Virus record (IMG/VR): IMGVR_UViG_3300044504_000033
Span: 10,103 to 74,102 of that record
Source: a virus
Lineage: Duplodnaviria; Heunggongvirae; Uroviricota; Caudoviricetes
DNA length: 64,000 bases
Direction: 5' to 3' (one strand)
Part shown: in pieces, positions 48,919 to 57,686 of the stretch
How the letters are laid out: each line of letters begins with the position of its first letter
Numbering within the stretch: position 1 is the stretch's first letter
Notes under the pieces: generated by a model
Databases searched by the model: none
Told to the model about the DNA's origin: nothing
Seen by the model: only the letters and a program-made list of their open reading frames with translations
Position numbers and translations under genes: made by a program

Positions 48919-49152
48919 TTATGTATCAAAATCAGTTTCAACTAGCACCGGCTTTGTTAATGCCTCTTTCATTCTGGATAATATGTCATGCCCTGCGTTT
49001 TCCTCTGCAACATCCCACACCACTACAGCAGGGTCGCCACTATACAAAACAGGCTTACCGTTTTCGTTGTAATGAACTTCATGTATCTGCCTGAAAGTGT
49101 TATCGTTTGCCTCAACAAATTCAATTACCCTGTAGTTCCAAGTTCCACTCAT
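48919..49152 (-). CDS. hypothetical protein (77 aa)
   Basis: ORF in the small-gene array. Confidence 0.35.
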   Translation of the reverse strand: MSGTWNYRVIEFVEANDNTFRQIHEVHYNENGKPVLYSGDPAVVVWDVAEENAGHDILSRMKEALTKPVLVETDFDT

Positions 49153-49240
49153 AGTCAGCCCTTTAATTAGCCAGAAGTCCCGCTTTACTTCGCATTCAGT
49201 CAGCGCTATATCGTGATGTTGCTCAGACCTTAGCTGGCCT

Positions 49241-49507
49241 TCAACGTAACATCAGTGTGCGCCCTGCGTCAGTCAGCGCGTATCTGTGCCACGGGTACGG
49301 TTCATCCTTGGCAACGATCAATCCGCGCTGCTCAAGGTCTGCAATCGCGGTACGCAACCACGAAAGCTCACTCATGTCCCATGTGCTGACTCTTGGGCTA
49401 TTTGCCAAAACAGAAAGCACATCATCCGCGCCACGATGACCGCGTTTTAATTCTGATGCCGCCCCGCTAAAATAATCAATGTGCATAGTGTTGTTGCTCC
49501 ATAGCAA
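49241..49507 (-). CDS. hypothetical protein (true start probably ATG ~49486, MHIDYFSG...)
   Basis: GC-richer ORF; the track start codon is TTG; an ATG with RBS GGAGCAACAACACT lies 21 nt downstream. Confidence 0.35.
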   Translation of the reverse strand: MLWSNNTMHIDYFSGAASELKRGHRGADDVLSVLANSPRVSTWDMSELSWLRTAIADLEQRGLIVAKDEPYPWHRYALTDAGRTLMLR

Positions 49508-49629
49508 AAAGACGGCTAACCGTCAATCAACGCGTTCAGCCGCGTGGCTTTGTTTAGTTTCATTAGGTCTTTCATGTTGTTCTCCCTGGTTAATTTAGTG
49601 TTGCGGCTGCCTGCTGTTTATCGCAGCGG

Positions 49630-49830
49630 TTATACACCAAGTTCAATTTCGTATTTCTTTTGTTCAATTTGCTTTCTATAGGTATCAATCTGCCTCTGCT
49701 TTCTAGGCTTTTTTACAACCTGTAGCGCAAGTTTTTCAATTTCTTTTTCCAGCCATGCAATTTCATACGTATACTGGCTTCTTTGGTGGTCACTCATTGC
49801 CATGATGTATTCACTACAGGCAGGCCGCAC
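49630..49830 (-). CDS. hypothetical coiled-coil small protein (66 aa)
   Basis: ORF in the small-gene array. Confidence 0.3.
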   Translation of the reverse strand: MRPACSEYIMAMSDHQRSQYTYEIAWLEKEIEKLALQVVKKPRKQRQIDTYRKQIEQKKYEIELGV

Positions 49831-49942
49831 AGGTGATGATATGAACTATTTCTATGGCGTATCCGCAGAGCATTATCATTTGTTTCTCCTGTATAGAAAG
49901 AATCTGTCTATTTCTGTTTGCATAGAGTCTACCTAACTCTTG

Positions 49943-50194
49943 TTATACAGCCTCAAGCATATCCTGTGTCATGTAGCTGATTTGCGGCAGTTTGAAATTA
50001 CTTTGGTATCTAATACCGACATTAAACCATTCAACTTCAAATTCATAAAAGCCATCAGCGTAAAATAAAAACTCAACTCTTACGTCAATATCATCATCTA
50101 TGTTAAATTGTGTTCTTACCATGTTTTCAACTGTTTTATGCTTCATACTCAATCCTCCAAAAATGTATAACAAATAAATCAACCAGACCGTCAT
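49943..50194 (-). CDS. hypothetical protein (likely starts at MKHKTV, RBS GGAGGATTGAGT)
   Basis: ORF with strong SD 7 nt before the internal Met. Confidence 0.4.
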   Translation of the reverse strand: MTVWLIYLLYIFGGLSMKHKTVENMVRTQFNIDDDIDVRVEFLFYADGFYEFEVEWFNVGIRYQSNFKLPQISYMTQDMLEAV

Positions 50195-50237
50195 ACAGTC
50201 CGGCTCGTTCCTACCAGCTCATGCGGCTGCTTATTGG

Positions 50238-50251
50238 TAGGTTATGTGCGG
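50238..50251. promoter_or_regulatory. class II motif copy (TAGGTTATGTGCGG)
   Basis: Member of the CC(G/T)GTTAG(C/A)TCTA(G/C)GTTAT(G/A)YG family at gene junctions. Confidence 0.35.
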
Positions 50252-50472
50252 GTCAGCACCTTCTCATCTCTAAACCATAGATAGCCTAGCGCCTCTAGCA
50301 TCAAATAGGCTTCCTCTTGTTCTGCCGTTGTCCAGTTTGGAACACATGGGAAATGTGTTTTATTAAGCAGCTCAATTAATCTTTCTTTATTCGGTGGTTC
50401 CGGTAATTTCTGTCGCATACCTAAGCCCTCGCACCTAACACGGCGTTCAATTTGACCGCGATACTGCGGCAT
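50242..50472 (-). CDS. hypothetical protein, paralog pair A1 (RVRCE N-terminus)
   Basis: Shares upstream TTATTAAAAGGGCCGCTG leader and QIERRVRCE / FELRVRCE N-terminal segment with ORF 50512-50760. Confidence 0.4.
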   Translation of the reverse strand: MPQYRGQIERRVRCEGLGMRQKLPEPPNKERLIELLNKTHFPCVPNWTTAEQEEAYLMLEALGYLWFRDEKVLTRT

Positions 50473-50511
50473 TTTAACTAAGGCTGTACAGCGGCCCTTT
50501 TAATAAGGTCG

Positions 50512-50760
50512 TTAGATGCTGTCATCTATATCCGGCATATTGCAGTTAAACACCACGGGCACATCTTGGTGGCCACAATTTCCGCAAGATTCACCATCTG
50601 CTTTTGGTAAAATATGGCGTATAGCAAATGCCTCCGCGACCGTTTCTGGGCTTATGACAATGATTCCATCTTTTGTGAGTTCAGCTTTCATTCTATCAAC
50701 CTCGCATCTAACACGTAATTCAAAAGGAGCCGTGAGACTCCGCGTTTTTATTAAGGCCAT
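50512..50760 (-). CDS. hypothetical Cys-rich protein, paralog pair A2
   Basis: C-terminal CGNCGHQ...VVFNCNMP cysteine cluster; N-terminal segment homologous to 50242-50472. Confidence 0.4.
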   Translation of the reverse strand: MALIKTRSLTAPFELRVRCEVDRMKAELTKDGIIVISPETVAEAFAIRHILPKADGESCGNCGHQDVPVVFNCNMPDIDDSI

Positions 50761-50783
50761 CAGCGGCCCTTTTAATAAATAAG

Positions 50784-51050
50784 TTAGGTTGCTACCAGAG
50801 AGGCAACAACCTTCTTTAAGTCTTCAAATGCCTCTTCTTTGGTTGCTCCATACCCAGTTGCTTCAAGTGAGCCATAACCATTGAGTAGCGTTGCATCTGC
50901 TGCCTTACTTATTTTCGCTTCGTGGCTTTGCCATCTTTCTTTTTTGTCGTCGTAAAAATCAACTTCGCAGCCTAACAAATCGCTAAACGAATCGGACGCT
51001 TCGCCTTGACGTTCTGCGGCTTCTGGTTGTTTCTGTGTATCAGTAGTCAT
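50784..51050 (-). CDS. hypothetical acidic protein, paralog pair B1 (GEASDSFSDLL motif)
   Basis: Shares a ~35-bp near-identical segment with 51090-51443. Confidence 0.4.
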   Translation of the reverse strand: MTTDTQKQPEAAERQGEASDSFSDLLGCEVDFYDDKKERWQSHEAKISKAADATLLNGYGSLEATGYGATKEEAFEDLKKVVASLVAT

Positions 51051-51074
51051 CTGTTAATTCCCCATGGCTCATCG

Positions 51075-51102
51075 CCGGTTAGATCTAGGTTATGTGGCAC
51101 GG
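51075..51102. promoter_or_regulatory. class II motif copy (CCGGTTAGATCTAGGTTATGTGGCACGG)
   Basis: Between the stop of 51090-51443 and the start of 50784-51050. Confidence 0.4.
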
Positions 51103-51443
51103 TGCCATTGTTGAATTGCTAGCACTATCTCACGCTTACTAGCGCCGTTCATTTCTGCCGCAGCTATAATCCGCTCCCGCACTTTCAAGGCATGTTTGTT
51201 TATCGCCACAAATTCATACCTGCTTAACGGCATGGGAACACCATCACGCTCACCACTGCATACACTTTTGTCATACTCATCACATTCATTATGGTACTGT
51301 TCTGCAAGCTGATGTAGCGCAATATCCTTTTCTGAAAGGTAGAAGGTGCCACATAACAAATCGCTAAACGAATCTGGCGCTTCGCCGCGCCATCCTTCGG
51401 CCTCGTCTGGTTCTGGAACTTCTCTATCGTCAAACATTATCAA
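51090..51443 (-). CDS. hypothetical protein, paralog pair B2 (GEAPDSFSDLL motif); start likely ATG at 51437
   Basis: Track start is TTG; ATG two codons downstream. Confidence 0.4.
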   Translation of the reverse strand: MIMFDDREVPEPDEAEGWRGEAPDSFSDLLCGTFYLSEKDIALHQLAEQYHNECDEYDKSVCSGERDGVPMPLSRYEFVAINKHALKVRERIIAAAEMNGASKREIVLAIQQWHRAT

Positions 51444-51446
51444 TTT

Positions 51447-51468
51447 CCTGTTAGCTCTAGGTTATACG
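51447..51468. promoter_or_regulatory. class II motif copy (CCTGTTAGCTCTAGGTTATACG)
   Basis: Abuts the stop codon of 51470-51706, ~20 nt before the next start. Confidence 0.4.
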
Positions 51469-51469
51469 T

Positions 51470-51706
51470 CTAATTTATCGCAGACCTATATCCAGACTCA
51501 TAGTTAACTGCATCAACTTCGTTGGCGCTGTACCTGTCAGGCACAACAACACTCCCTGGCTGTGTTGAAGTTACATATCCTGGGTCTTTACTGCCGTCGT
51601 GGTAACCCTCAACAAAAGCGGTGGCAGTTACGTCGGGTCGCATAACAGTGCGCTCGTTCTGACCTGCTAGGTCGGAGGGCGCTTTAATTTCAGCGGTTCC
51701 GGTCAT
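51470..51706 (-). CDS. hypothetical protein, pair C1 (shared 5' leader)
   Basis: Leader GCTGTGCCGACTGCGGCCCGAAAC(A/C)ACTGGAGACAATTAAGATG is identical to that of 52329-52550. Confidence 0.4.
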   Translation of the reverse strand: MTGTAEIKAPSDLAGQNERTVMRPDVTATAFVEGYHDGSKDPGYVTSTQPGSVVVPDRYSANEVDAVNYESGYRSAIN

Positions 51707-52048
51707 CTTAATTGTCTCCAGTTGTTTCGGGCCGCAGTCGGCACAGCTTTGTAGTTATATTACCGCGTACACTCTCGTTCATGCTCATATTCATCGTCAG
51801 CAATTTCCGCAAAATAAGCCTCCCGCTTTTCTTCGTCCGTCATTTCATCGTCATCATCAATTAACCCATACAGAATATCTTTATCCATTTCCAATCACTC
51901 ACAAGTGAAATAGTATAACAATAAAATCAATCCGACCGCGAACCATCGGTACATTAACCACCCCGTGGGCGGCGGCTTATTTAGGTGGTTTCGTTCATTA
52001 CGATCTCCTTGCGGTGTGATATGAAGCCTGCGGGCTTTCTAATACCTG

Positions 52049-52255
52049 TTATATTGCTTTAGTGAGTCCGTAGCACCACAGGTTATCTCTCACGCATCTT
52101 TGCATGGTCGTCGTGTCGCCTGGCTGTATGGTTATAAATGTGTACAGCCAAAACCAGCGGGCCTCTGAGTCATGACGCCACAGCCATACGAAGGCGGCCC
52201 AGTTCGATATTGTGTTCAATGTTTTCATAATCACCCCCGTAATATAACCAGTCAA
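52049..52255 (-). CDS. hypothetical membrane protein (68 aa)
   Basis: Hydrophobic WAAFVWLW segment. Confidence 0.3.
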   Translation of the reverse strand: MTGYITGVIMKTLNTISNWAAFVWLWRHDSEARWFWLYTFITIQPGDTTTMQRCVRDNLWCYGLTKAI

Positions 52256-52313
52256 TAGTGTGGAACTAGCTGCCGCGTCATTTCATGTTCTCCTGTTCTG
52301 TCTAACCGGCTTA

Positions 52314-52338
52314 CCGGTTAGCTCTACGTTATGCGCAG
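52314..52338. promoter_or_regulatory. class II motif copy (CCGGTTAGCTCTACGTTATGCGCAG)
   Basis: Overlaps the stop codon of 52329-52550. Confidence 0.4.
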
Positions 52339-52550
52339 TATTCAAATTCGATATTCACTGGGCATGAGTACTCAACGAAATCGAATGAGTCCGTCGCTTC
52401 TGGGTCTGCGTCATGCTCAAGCCTAAGAACCTCTACGTCCCCATACTTTACCCACCGATACCCCCACTCTTCCGCATCGTAGTCACGCCGCAGGATTTCC
52501 TTATCGCGTATTTGTGTCACCTTTAGTATCCCGCTTTTTCCGATTGCCAT
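52329..52550 (-). CDS. hypothetical protein, pair C2 (shared 5' leader)
   Basis: See 51470-51706. Confidence 0.4.
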   Translation of the reverse strand: MAIGKSGILKVTQIRDKEILRRDYDAEEWGYRWVKYGDVEVLRLEHDADPEATDSFDFVEYSCPVNIEFEYCA

Positions 52551-52633
52551 CTTAATTGTCTCCAGTGGTTTCGGGCCGCAGTCGGCACAGCTCGACGTTA
52601 TCTGTTAATCAAGGCGGACGGTTGCGCCCTTCA

Positions 52634-52867
52634 TTACCCCCGAACAAACAGCCCCAGTAACGCGCTGCCCACTTGGGCCGGTCGCCTCAAAGCCAGTGCT
52701 CCAGCTATCCCTCTCATCGCATAAGAAAAGCGATAGCCGGTCATCGTTATGTTGTTGTAGCCTGCACCGGAAAGCGCCCTCTCAGCCTCAGGTTCCGAGG
52801 TACATCCAGATAACAAGGCACTGCAAACGACAGCCAAAAGCAACGCGATTTTATTTAAATATTTCAT
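52634..52867 (-). CDS. lipoprotein (signal peptide + lipobox LLSGC)
   Basis: MKYLNKIALLLAVVCSALLSGCTSE. Confidence 0.55.
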   Translation of the reverse strand: MKYLNKIALLLAVVCSALLSGCTSEPEAERALSGAGYNNITMTGYRFSYAMRGIAGALALRRPAQVGSALLGLFVRG

Positions 52868-52955
52868 GGTTATTTACCTCTTTCAGTTTAGTTAAGTGCA
52901 GCTTTTGGCTGCCGGTTTCTATTAATCGTTTTACAGCCGCAAATTAGCTTTGCTG

Positions 52956-53372
52956 TTAGGCATCAACAATGGCGCGTATCGTATTCGCCAAAGCCTTTAA
53001 GCCGTCAGCGTCATCAACGTGGTAATGCCCACATGCTAGACCCTTGTACCGATCCCTCGGGCTAGGGCACCCACAGTCACCATCAACACGCACAGTCTTC
53101 CCGTGGGTTCTGTGCAGCTCTTCTGCGGCTTTCACCTCAATGCCAGGTCCGCTACATACCCAGTAGTACCATGCCCGTTTAAACTCCCAGCCGTGTAACG
53201 CGCCAATTACGGAAGTTTTAACTTCACCGGAATTTCGGCGTAATAAGTCTGCCAAGTATTCTTGAGGCTCACCGGAGTCCTCTTGAATAGTTGGTATTCC
53301 TGCCGCTTTCAATTCCTCACGGAGAATATCGTCAGTGTCTGCGTGGTCACCTGCTTTATTTGGAAATCTCAT
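52956..53372 (-). CDS. hypothetical protein with Cys/His cluster (DGDCGCPSP...CGHYH)
   Basis: 138 aa. Confidence 0.4.
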   Translation of the reverse strand: MRFPNKAGDHADTDDILREELKAAGIPTIQEDSGEPQEYLADLLRRNSGEVKTSVIGALHGWEFKRAWYYWVCSGPGIEVKAAEELHRTHGKTVRVDGDCGCPSPRDRYKGLACGHYHVDDADGLKALANTIRAIVDA

Positions 53373-53475
53373 AATCTTCTACTCCGTAGGCACAATGCCT
53401 AACACTAAAATTAACACGGACTATCTGCCGCGCTACTTCTTCTAACCAGCGTACAGCAGCCGGTTATTGATGACA

Positions 53476-53754
53476 TTATGCCTCTACAGGCTCGTATGTC
53501 TTATCGAAAATATCAGGCTTGCATGGGTAAAATTCACCATTAACGCCCTCGATAATCCAATCACCAACGCTGGCGGCATGACCCCCCTCTAGGGTTGGTA
53601 TGGTTAGCACTCCATTTTGCCACGTTGCAAATGGCACGTCTTTACCGCGCTTATACTGCCCTTCGTTTATCCAGTGCAGTACGTCATATGATGAGGAATC
53701 ATTAAGGTACTGACGCGCTTCAACCATAATAGGTTTCTTTTTAAAATTAGGCAT
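53476..53754 (-). CDS. hypothetical protein (92 aa)
   Basis: ORF in the small-gene array. Confidence 0.4.
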   Translation of the reverse strand: MPNFKKKPIMVEARQYLNDSSSYDVLHWINEGQYKRGKDVPFATWQNGVLTIPTLEGGHAASVGDWIIEGVNGEFYPCKPDIFDKTYEPVEA

Positions 53755-53825
53755 AACAATTAGCTCCAGTGGACAGCCAAACGCCGTCCGGTTTTGTGGT
53801 TAAATTCTGGCTCGGTGCGGCGTTA

Positions 53826-54002
53826 TGCCCATCCATGAACAGGGCAATCTTTCACATGTGCTTCCGTATGCTCTTGCTCTCCAAAATCACCCCTGCACGG
53901 CGGAAGCCAATGACAGGTACATTCAGCTTTTTCATTTGTATCTACGTTTAAAAAAGTTCTTCCAGTTTGTGAAACTGTGGTTATTTCTATATATTCAGCC
54001 AT
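53826..54002 (-). CDS. unlisted tiny Cys/His-rich protein (58 aa: MAEYIEITTVSQTGRTFLNVDTNEKAECTCHWLPPCRGDFGEQEHTEAHVKDCPVHGWA)
   Basis: Manual translation; RBS GAGGAA 6 nt upstream; 9-bp hairpin in leader; preceded by repeat R_b. Confidence 0.35.
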
Positions 54003-54058
54003 ACAACGTTCCTCGTACTGAGGTCTTCACTCCGCCTTTAGACCTCAGTATCAGAGTG

Positions 54059-54091
54059 TATACCCGCCTGATTCGAAAACCTACTCATGTG
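54059..54091. repeat. direct repeat R_b copy 1 (TATACCCGCCTGATTCGAAAACCTACTCATGTG)
   Basis: Second copy at 54356-54388 (31/33 identical over 33 bp, similarity continues ~15 bp further). Confidence 0.8.
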
Positions 54092-54138
54092 AAGAGTCCT
54101 GCCGACCTCGTGCCTCGGCTGCTTATTGATGGGTTAGG

Positions 54139-54279
54139 TTGCTTTAAGTTTTAGTCTGGAGCGCCATGGCCCCCATTGTCCGCAATCACCACAGCCCCAA
54201 GACCACTGCCCGAAAAGGTGCGTCTTGTTAATGCGCTGGCTCCCACATTCTGGGCAGCACCACTCTATCTTTCCGCCTT
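54139..54279 (-). CDS. unlisted tiny zinc-ribbon protein (46 aa: MLSKGGKIEWCCPECGSQRINKTHLFGQWSWGCGDCGQWGPWRSRL)
   Basis: Manual translation; CPECG...CGDCG; preceded by repeat R_b copy 2. Confidence 0.3.
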
Positions 54280-54355
54280 TACTTAACATTTCTGCTTCCG
54301 TTCAACTCGCAACCTAACACTAAAATAAACTCGGACTGGCATACTGCGGCATTTT

Positions 54356-54388
54356 TATACCCGCCTGATTCGAAAACCTACTCATGTG
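54356..54388. repeat. direct repeat R_b copy 2
   Basis: See copy 1. Confidence 0.8.
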
Positions 54389-54564
54389 CAGAGCCCTGTC
54401 GCCGCTCCTGTCATAGTCCCTCCCGCGCAAAAAACGAATGTACCCAGTCCCGTAGTGAAAATCCAGTCAGGCACATTTATGATGCCCTTGTAATCAAGTA
54501 CTATGAGTATACTCATAACCAAAAATGAAACAATACCGATTAATCCAAAATATGAAAGAATCAT
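54382..54564 (-). CDS. small membrane protein (60 aa, two TM)
   Basis: LIGIVSFLVMSILIVL and GLGTFVFCAGGTMTGAATG. Confidence 0.4.
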   Translation of the reverse strand: MILSYFGLIGIVSFLVMSILIVLDYKGIINVPDWIFTTGLGTFVFCAGGTMTGAATGLCT

Positions 54565-54823
54565 AACTACCTCTTAATATAAATCGTTGAAATCCACGAG
54601 TTAGGTTTAATTCGTGAACGTTATTTTGGAGCCCTTATGTCTTTGCAGAGATTATAAGGAGACCACCATTGAGTGCCATAATTATTACAAGTAAAGGTAA
54701 TACCACGGCATGTAATCGGTACCCGACGCTAACCGCAATGGCCATGAGGATGACGCTGAGAATAACTCCTATGAGCCATATAATAGTGGCATATGAGAAT
54801 ACTTTAGACATAATGTCTCCTCA

Positions 54824-55042
54824 TTATGTTTCAACAGTCGTTAGATATTCATATATTATACGCCCCTCTTGAGTTGGCTGCCACACCCGATTTGACTCGT
54901 AGGATCTCTTGCCGTATCTTTTAAAGTAGCACTTAGCGACAAAATTCCATTGTGACGACCAATGGTATCTATCTAAGAGCCAATGTAGTATCTTTTTATC
55001 ATCCTCATCGGCGAACTCCTCAATATCCTCTCTTACACTCAC
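54824..55042 (-). CDS. hypothetical protein (72 aa)
   Basis: ORF in the small-gene array. Confidence 0.35.
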   Translation of the reverse strand: MSVREDIEEFADEDDKKILHWLLDRYHWSSQWNFVAKCYFKRYGKRSYESNRVWQPTQEGRIIYEYLTTVET

Positions 55043-55045
55043 TCC

Positions 55046-55330
55046 TCAATATCCTTTCTTACACTCGCTCCACTCCACGACGCCCGCATTCCAATGACCC
55101 AAGTATGTCGCACCATCTGAGGGCTTCTCATTCCAACAGAATATTACATCCCAGCTAAAGTTTTCATTATTCCTACCTCGGCTGATAAGTTTGATATTTC
55201 GCCAATCACATGCCTTAAATAGCCCTGTTGTGAGGCTTGGCACCCCAGTGCTGAGTACCAATAGAAAATCCAGGGTAATAATGCCTCGCTCACCGGCCTC
55301 TTCAAATAGTTTTGTTATGTTAGTCATCAA
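55046..55330 (-). CDS. hypothetical protein (94 aa)
   Basis: ORF in the small-gene array. Confidence 0.35.
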   Translation of the reverse strand: MMTNITKLFEEAGERGIITLDFLLVLSTGVPSLTTGLFKACDWRNIKLISRGRNNENFSWDVIFCWNEKPSDGATYLGHWNAGVVEWSECKKGY

Positions 55331-55710
55331 TCGATTCCTTCTTCAAAAAGTTTCCAATATGACCACCCATGCGTGCGTTTCTCTGGGACTGACCAGCTGG
55401 TGCCTCCATCTACGAATGTATGCAGCACTCCGTCAGCGAAATGGCTGAAGTATTGACGATAGGTGATACTATCTGCGGAAATTCCGACAATGACTCGTGT
55501 GTCTACAGCCAAGTCGAACGTAGCTTCTACAAGGTCGAGGTCAGGCGATACTGGTGATTTGCCATCCGTAGACCAGAATAGCGGCATCACAGCGAGGCTG
55601 GACAGCGTGATATACCCTACAATCATATTTTGTATAGGGGATGGCGCTGCAGCGAGCGTGACAACGAATCTCTTCGCGCGAGTAACATATTTCTTATTCA
55701 GATCTAACAT
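55327..55710 (-). CDS. hypothetical protein (127 aa)
   Basis: Start overlaps the upstream gene stop. Confidence 0.35.
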   Translation of the reverse strand: MLDLNKKYVTRAKRFVVTLAAAPSPIQNMIVGYITLSSLAVMPLFWSTDGKSPVSPDLDLVEATFDLAVDTRVIVGISADSITYRQYFSHFADGVLHTFVDGGTSWSVPEKRTHGWSYWKLFEEGID

Positions 55711-56818
55711 CTTTATCCTCTCTTTTAATATTTATACCACAGTGGATCGTCAATGCCAATAAAAACTCATCGACCCTTGGCGACTTTATGATCTCGTTGA
55801 AGCGTCCATAATGCTGCTGGACCTTCCATTTATTGGCTTGTACATGCAGACCTACGGTGCTTCGTACATCCTCGTATAATACCGAGAAGACCAAGTATAT
55901 TCCCCTTGAAACCGCCCCTGCATAACCGGCTACACAGTGACCCATTTCTACACCCTCATTTTGAATATCGTACATACTCCTCAGTAGTGTTGCATGGTAC
56001 CCCTCGCTGAAGAACTCAGACTCAACATTTGACAGCCAAGGGAAGATTTCAGATGAGTACTTTCGCTTATTAACCAGCTTGGAATACTTGCTGTGCATTT
56101 CGTCCATACGCCTCAACGACCAGTTAAGATTAAATGGTGCACCAAGTCCAGACGCAAGAAGACGTGTGTCGTATATACGTCTGGCTTGATGGTTGTCAAA
56201 CTCCAAGCCTTTTTGAAGGAAGTACACGCCGATGTCATCGAATGGCAACGGAGTGTTTCTGCCTCTTCGCAAGTACTTGGAAGGAAATTTGCGTAATACT
56301 TCAAAACGCTCCTTCAAAATCTGCGTATGACTGCCATACGCAACTTTGCACAGTAACAAATTTCGGGTTTTCGAGTTAGCGCAGAGTGCCTTCCATAGTG
56401 ACTTTCCAAATAGCGTCTTCAGCGCCTGTGGCGATAATCCGGAGTACATAGCGAAAGGCATTAGATGCTCCAACCCATCATTTAGGTATGACTCCATCAT
56501 ATCGAAATTCAATGTCACCAGTCTTAGCAAGTTAGGGTCAATCTTCCCGGAGTAACTATAGGTGTAGTTCTTATATTTACAAACTGGATTCACCCATAAC
56601 GACAACATCTTAGCATTCCACAACATAAGTGCTACACTGGGTGTTATCCCAAATCTAGTAGTGAACTCTTTGTACACAGCCTTTCCGAAACCAAGACCTA
56701 GTGAGGTAGTTAACGCGTACACCGAAGGGTACGTGATAAATGAACTCCTTTCTAGAAGTACTGTATCACCGTGCACCATCTTCACAGTTTCAGCCGCCAC
56801 CTCTATGACCATTCTCAT
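55694..56818 (-). CDS. PcfJ-like domain protein (tentative)
   Basis: 374 aa; C-terminal ...EMGHCVAGYAGAVSRGIYLVFSV...WKVQQHYGRFN resembles the conserved HCV..Y core of PcfJ-like proteins. Confidence 0.3.
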   Translation of the reverse strand: MRMVIEVAAETVKMVHGDTVLLERSSFITYPSVYALTTSLGLGFGKAVYKEFTTRFGITPSVALMLWNAKMLSLWVNPVCKYKNYTYSYSGKIDPNLLRLVTLNFDMMESYLNDGLEHLMPFAMYSGLSPQALKTLFGKSLWKALCANSKTRNLLLCKVAYGSHTQILKERFEVLRKFPSKYLRRGRNTPLPFDDIGVYFLQKGLEFDNHQARRIYDTRLLASGLGAPFNLNWSLRRMDEMHSKYSKLVNKRKYSSEIFPWLSNVESEFFSEGYHATLLRSMYDIQNEGVEMGHCVAGYAGAVSRGIYLVFSVLYEDVRSTVGLHVQANKWKVQQHYGRFNEIIKSPRVDEFLLALTIHCGINIKREDKDVRSE

Positions 56819-57198
56819 TGTACGAGGCTTAACGTGGGTTTTTTATGAGGTGGAGGTGTTGGTGGTATTTCGTCCATCTGTGTTGGTACAAAGACCAAAC
56901 CACTGAGAGGCTTGTCTCGATCATGCATCGAAATAAAGTTGAAATGCGGCACGCCAACTGTATACGAAGCACCATTGAATCTAGTAGTGAATGCGATACC
57001 AAGTGTATTATACGTAAACTCGGTTATCGCAGTATCGGCCAAGTTAAATACAATGGTCTCACTTAGCAATAGATTCGCCGGTAAATTGAGATTGCGTGTC
57101 AGACATTGTAAGTAGGGGACACCTCCTGTGGCAAGCAGAAATTCTCTGAAGGCCATTATTAAGTATGCTTCGAACTCTTTCATCAGTCTGGACTCCAT
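56815..57198 (-). CDS. hypothetical protein (127 aa)
   Basis: ORF in the small-gene array. Confidence 0.35.
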   Translation of the reverse strand: MESRLMKEFEAYLIMAFREFLLATGGVPYLQCLTRNLNLPANLLLSETIVFNLADTAITEFTYNTLGIAFTTRFNGASYTVGVPHFNFISMHDRDKPLSGLVFVPTQMDEIPPTPPPHKKPTLSLVQ

Positions 57199-57461
57199 CC
57201 ACTACAATTAGCTGCATCAACACGCTTATTATAGCCGTGGTCCTTATTGAAATCTTCCGATAACCAAATATCCCCTAACCGTGAGGCCCCAGTTACACGA
57301 TACTTCTTACCCTCATACATACAAAATAGCTTATGCTCTTTCATAAACTTCTCAAAGTCATTTTTTAATGCTGCAGGGAGCCTGAAATGATTTAGAACCC
57401 AGCGTGCATAAGGCTCTTTGGTAAAATGCGTATCGATAAAATCATCAACGTGCAATTTCAT
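57183..57461 (-). CDS. hypothetical protein (92 aa)
   Basis: ORF in the small-gene array. Confidence 0.35.
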   Translation of the reverse strand: MKLHVDDFIDTHFTKEPYARWVLNHFRLPAALKNDFEKFMKEHKLFCMYEGKKYRVTGASRLGDIWLSEDFNKDHGYNKRVDAANCSGWSPD

Positions 57462-57686
57462 ACTTAAGTCTCCTATAGTAATACTTCAAATACATGAAAG
57501 ACAAGTCCGCGATCATCTTGAAAGGTTCCAATGTAAGGCGAACCATCTGGTAGTTTTGAAAGTGAGTCCCCAGTCCCGTATATCTTGAATGAACGAGATA
57601 TCTCAGGCAGGCTATTATTAGCTCTAGCCCATATAGTGAATCATCCATGACGCGATTATTCCATTTACCGTATAGTAAAGTGATTA

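Noticed and set aside
57445-57648. 67-aa minus ORF overlapping the start of 57183-57461
   Set aside because: Possible but unsupported; 17-nt overlap and no RBS seen; left uncalled.
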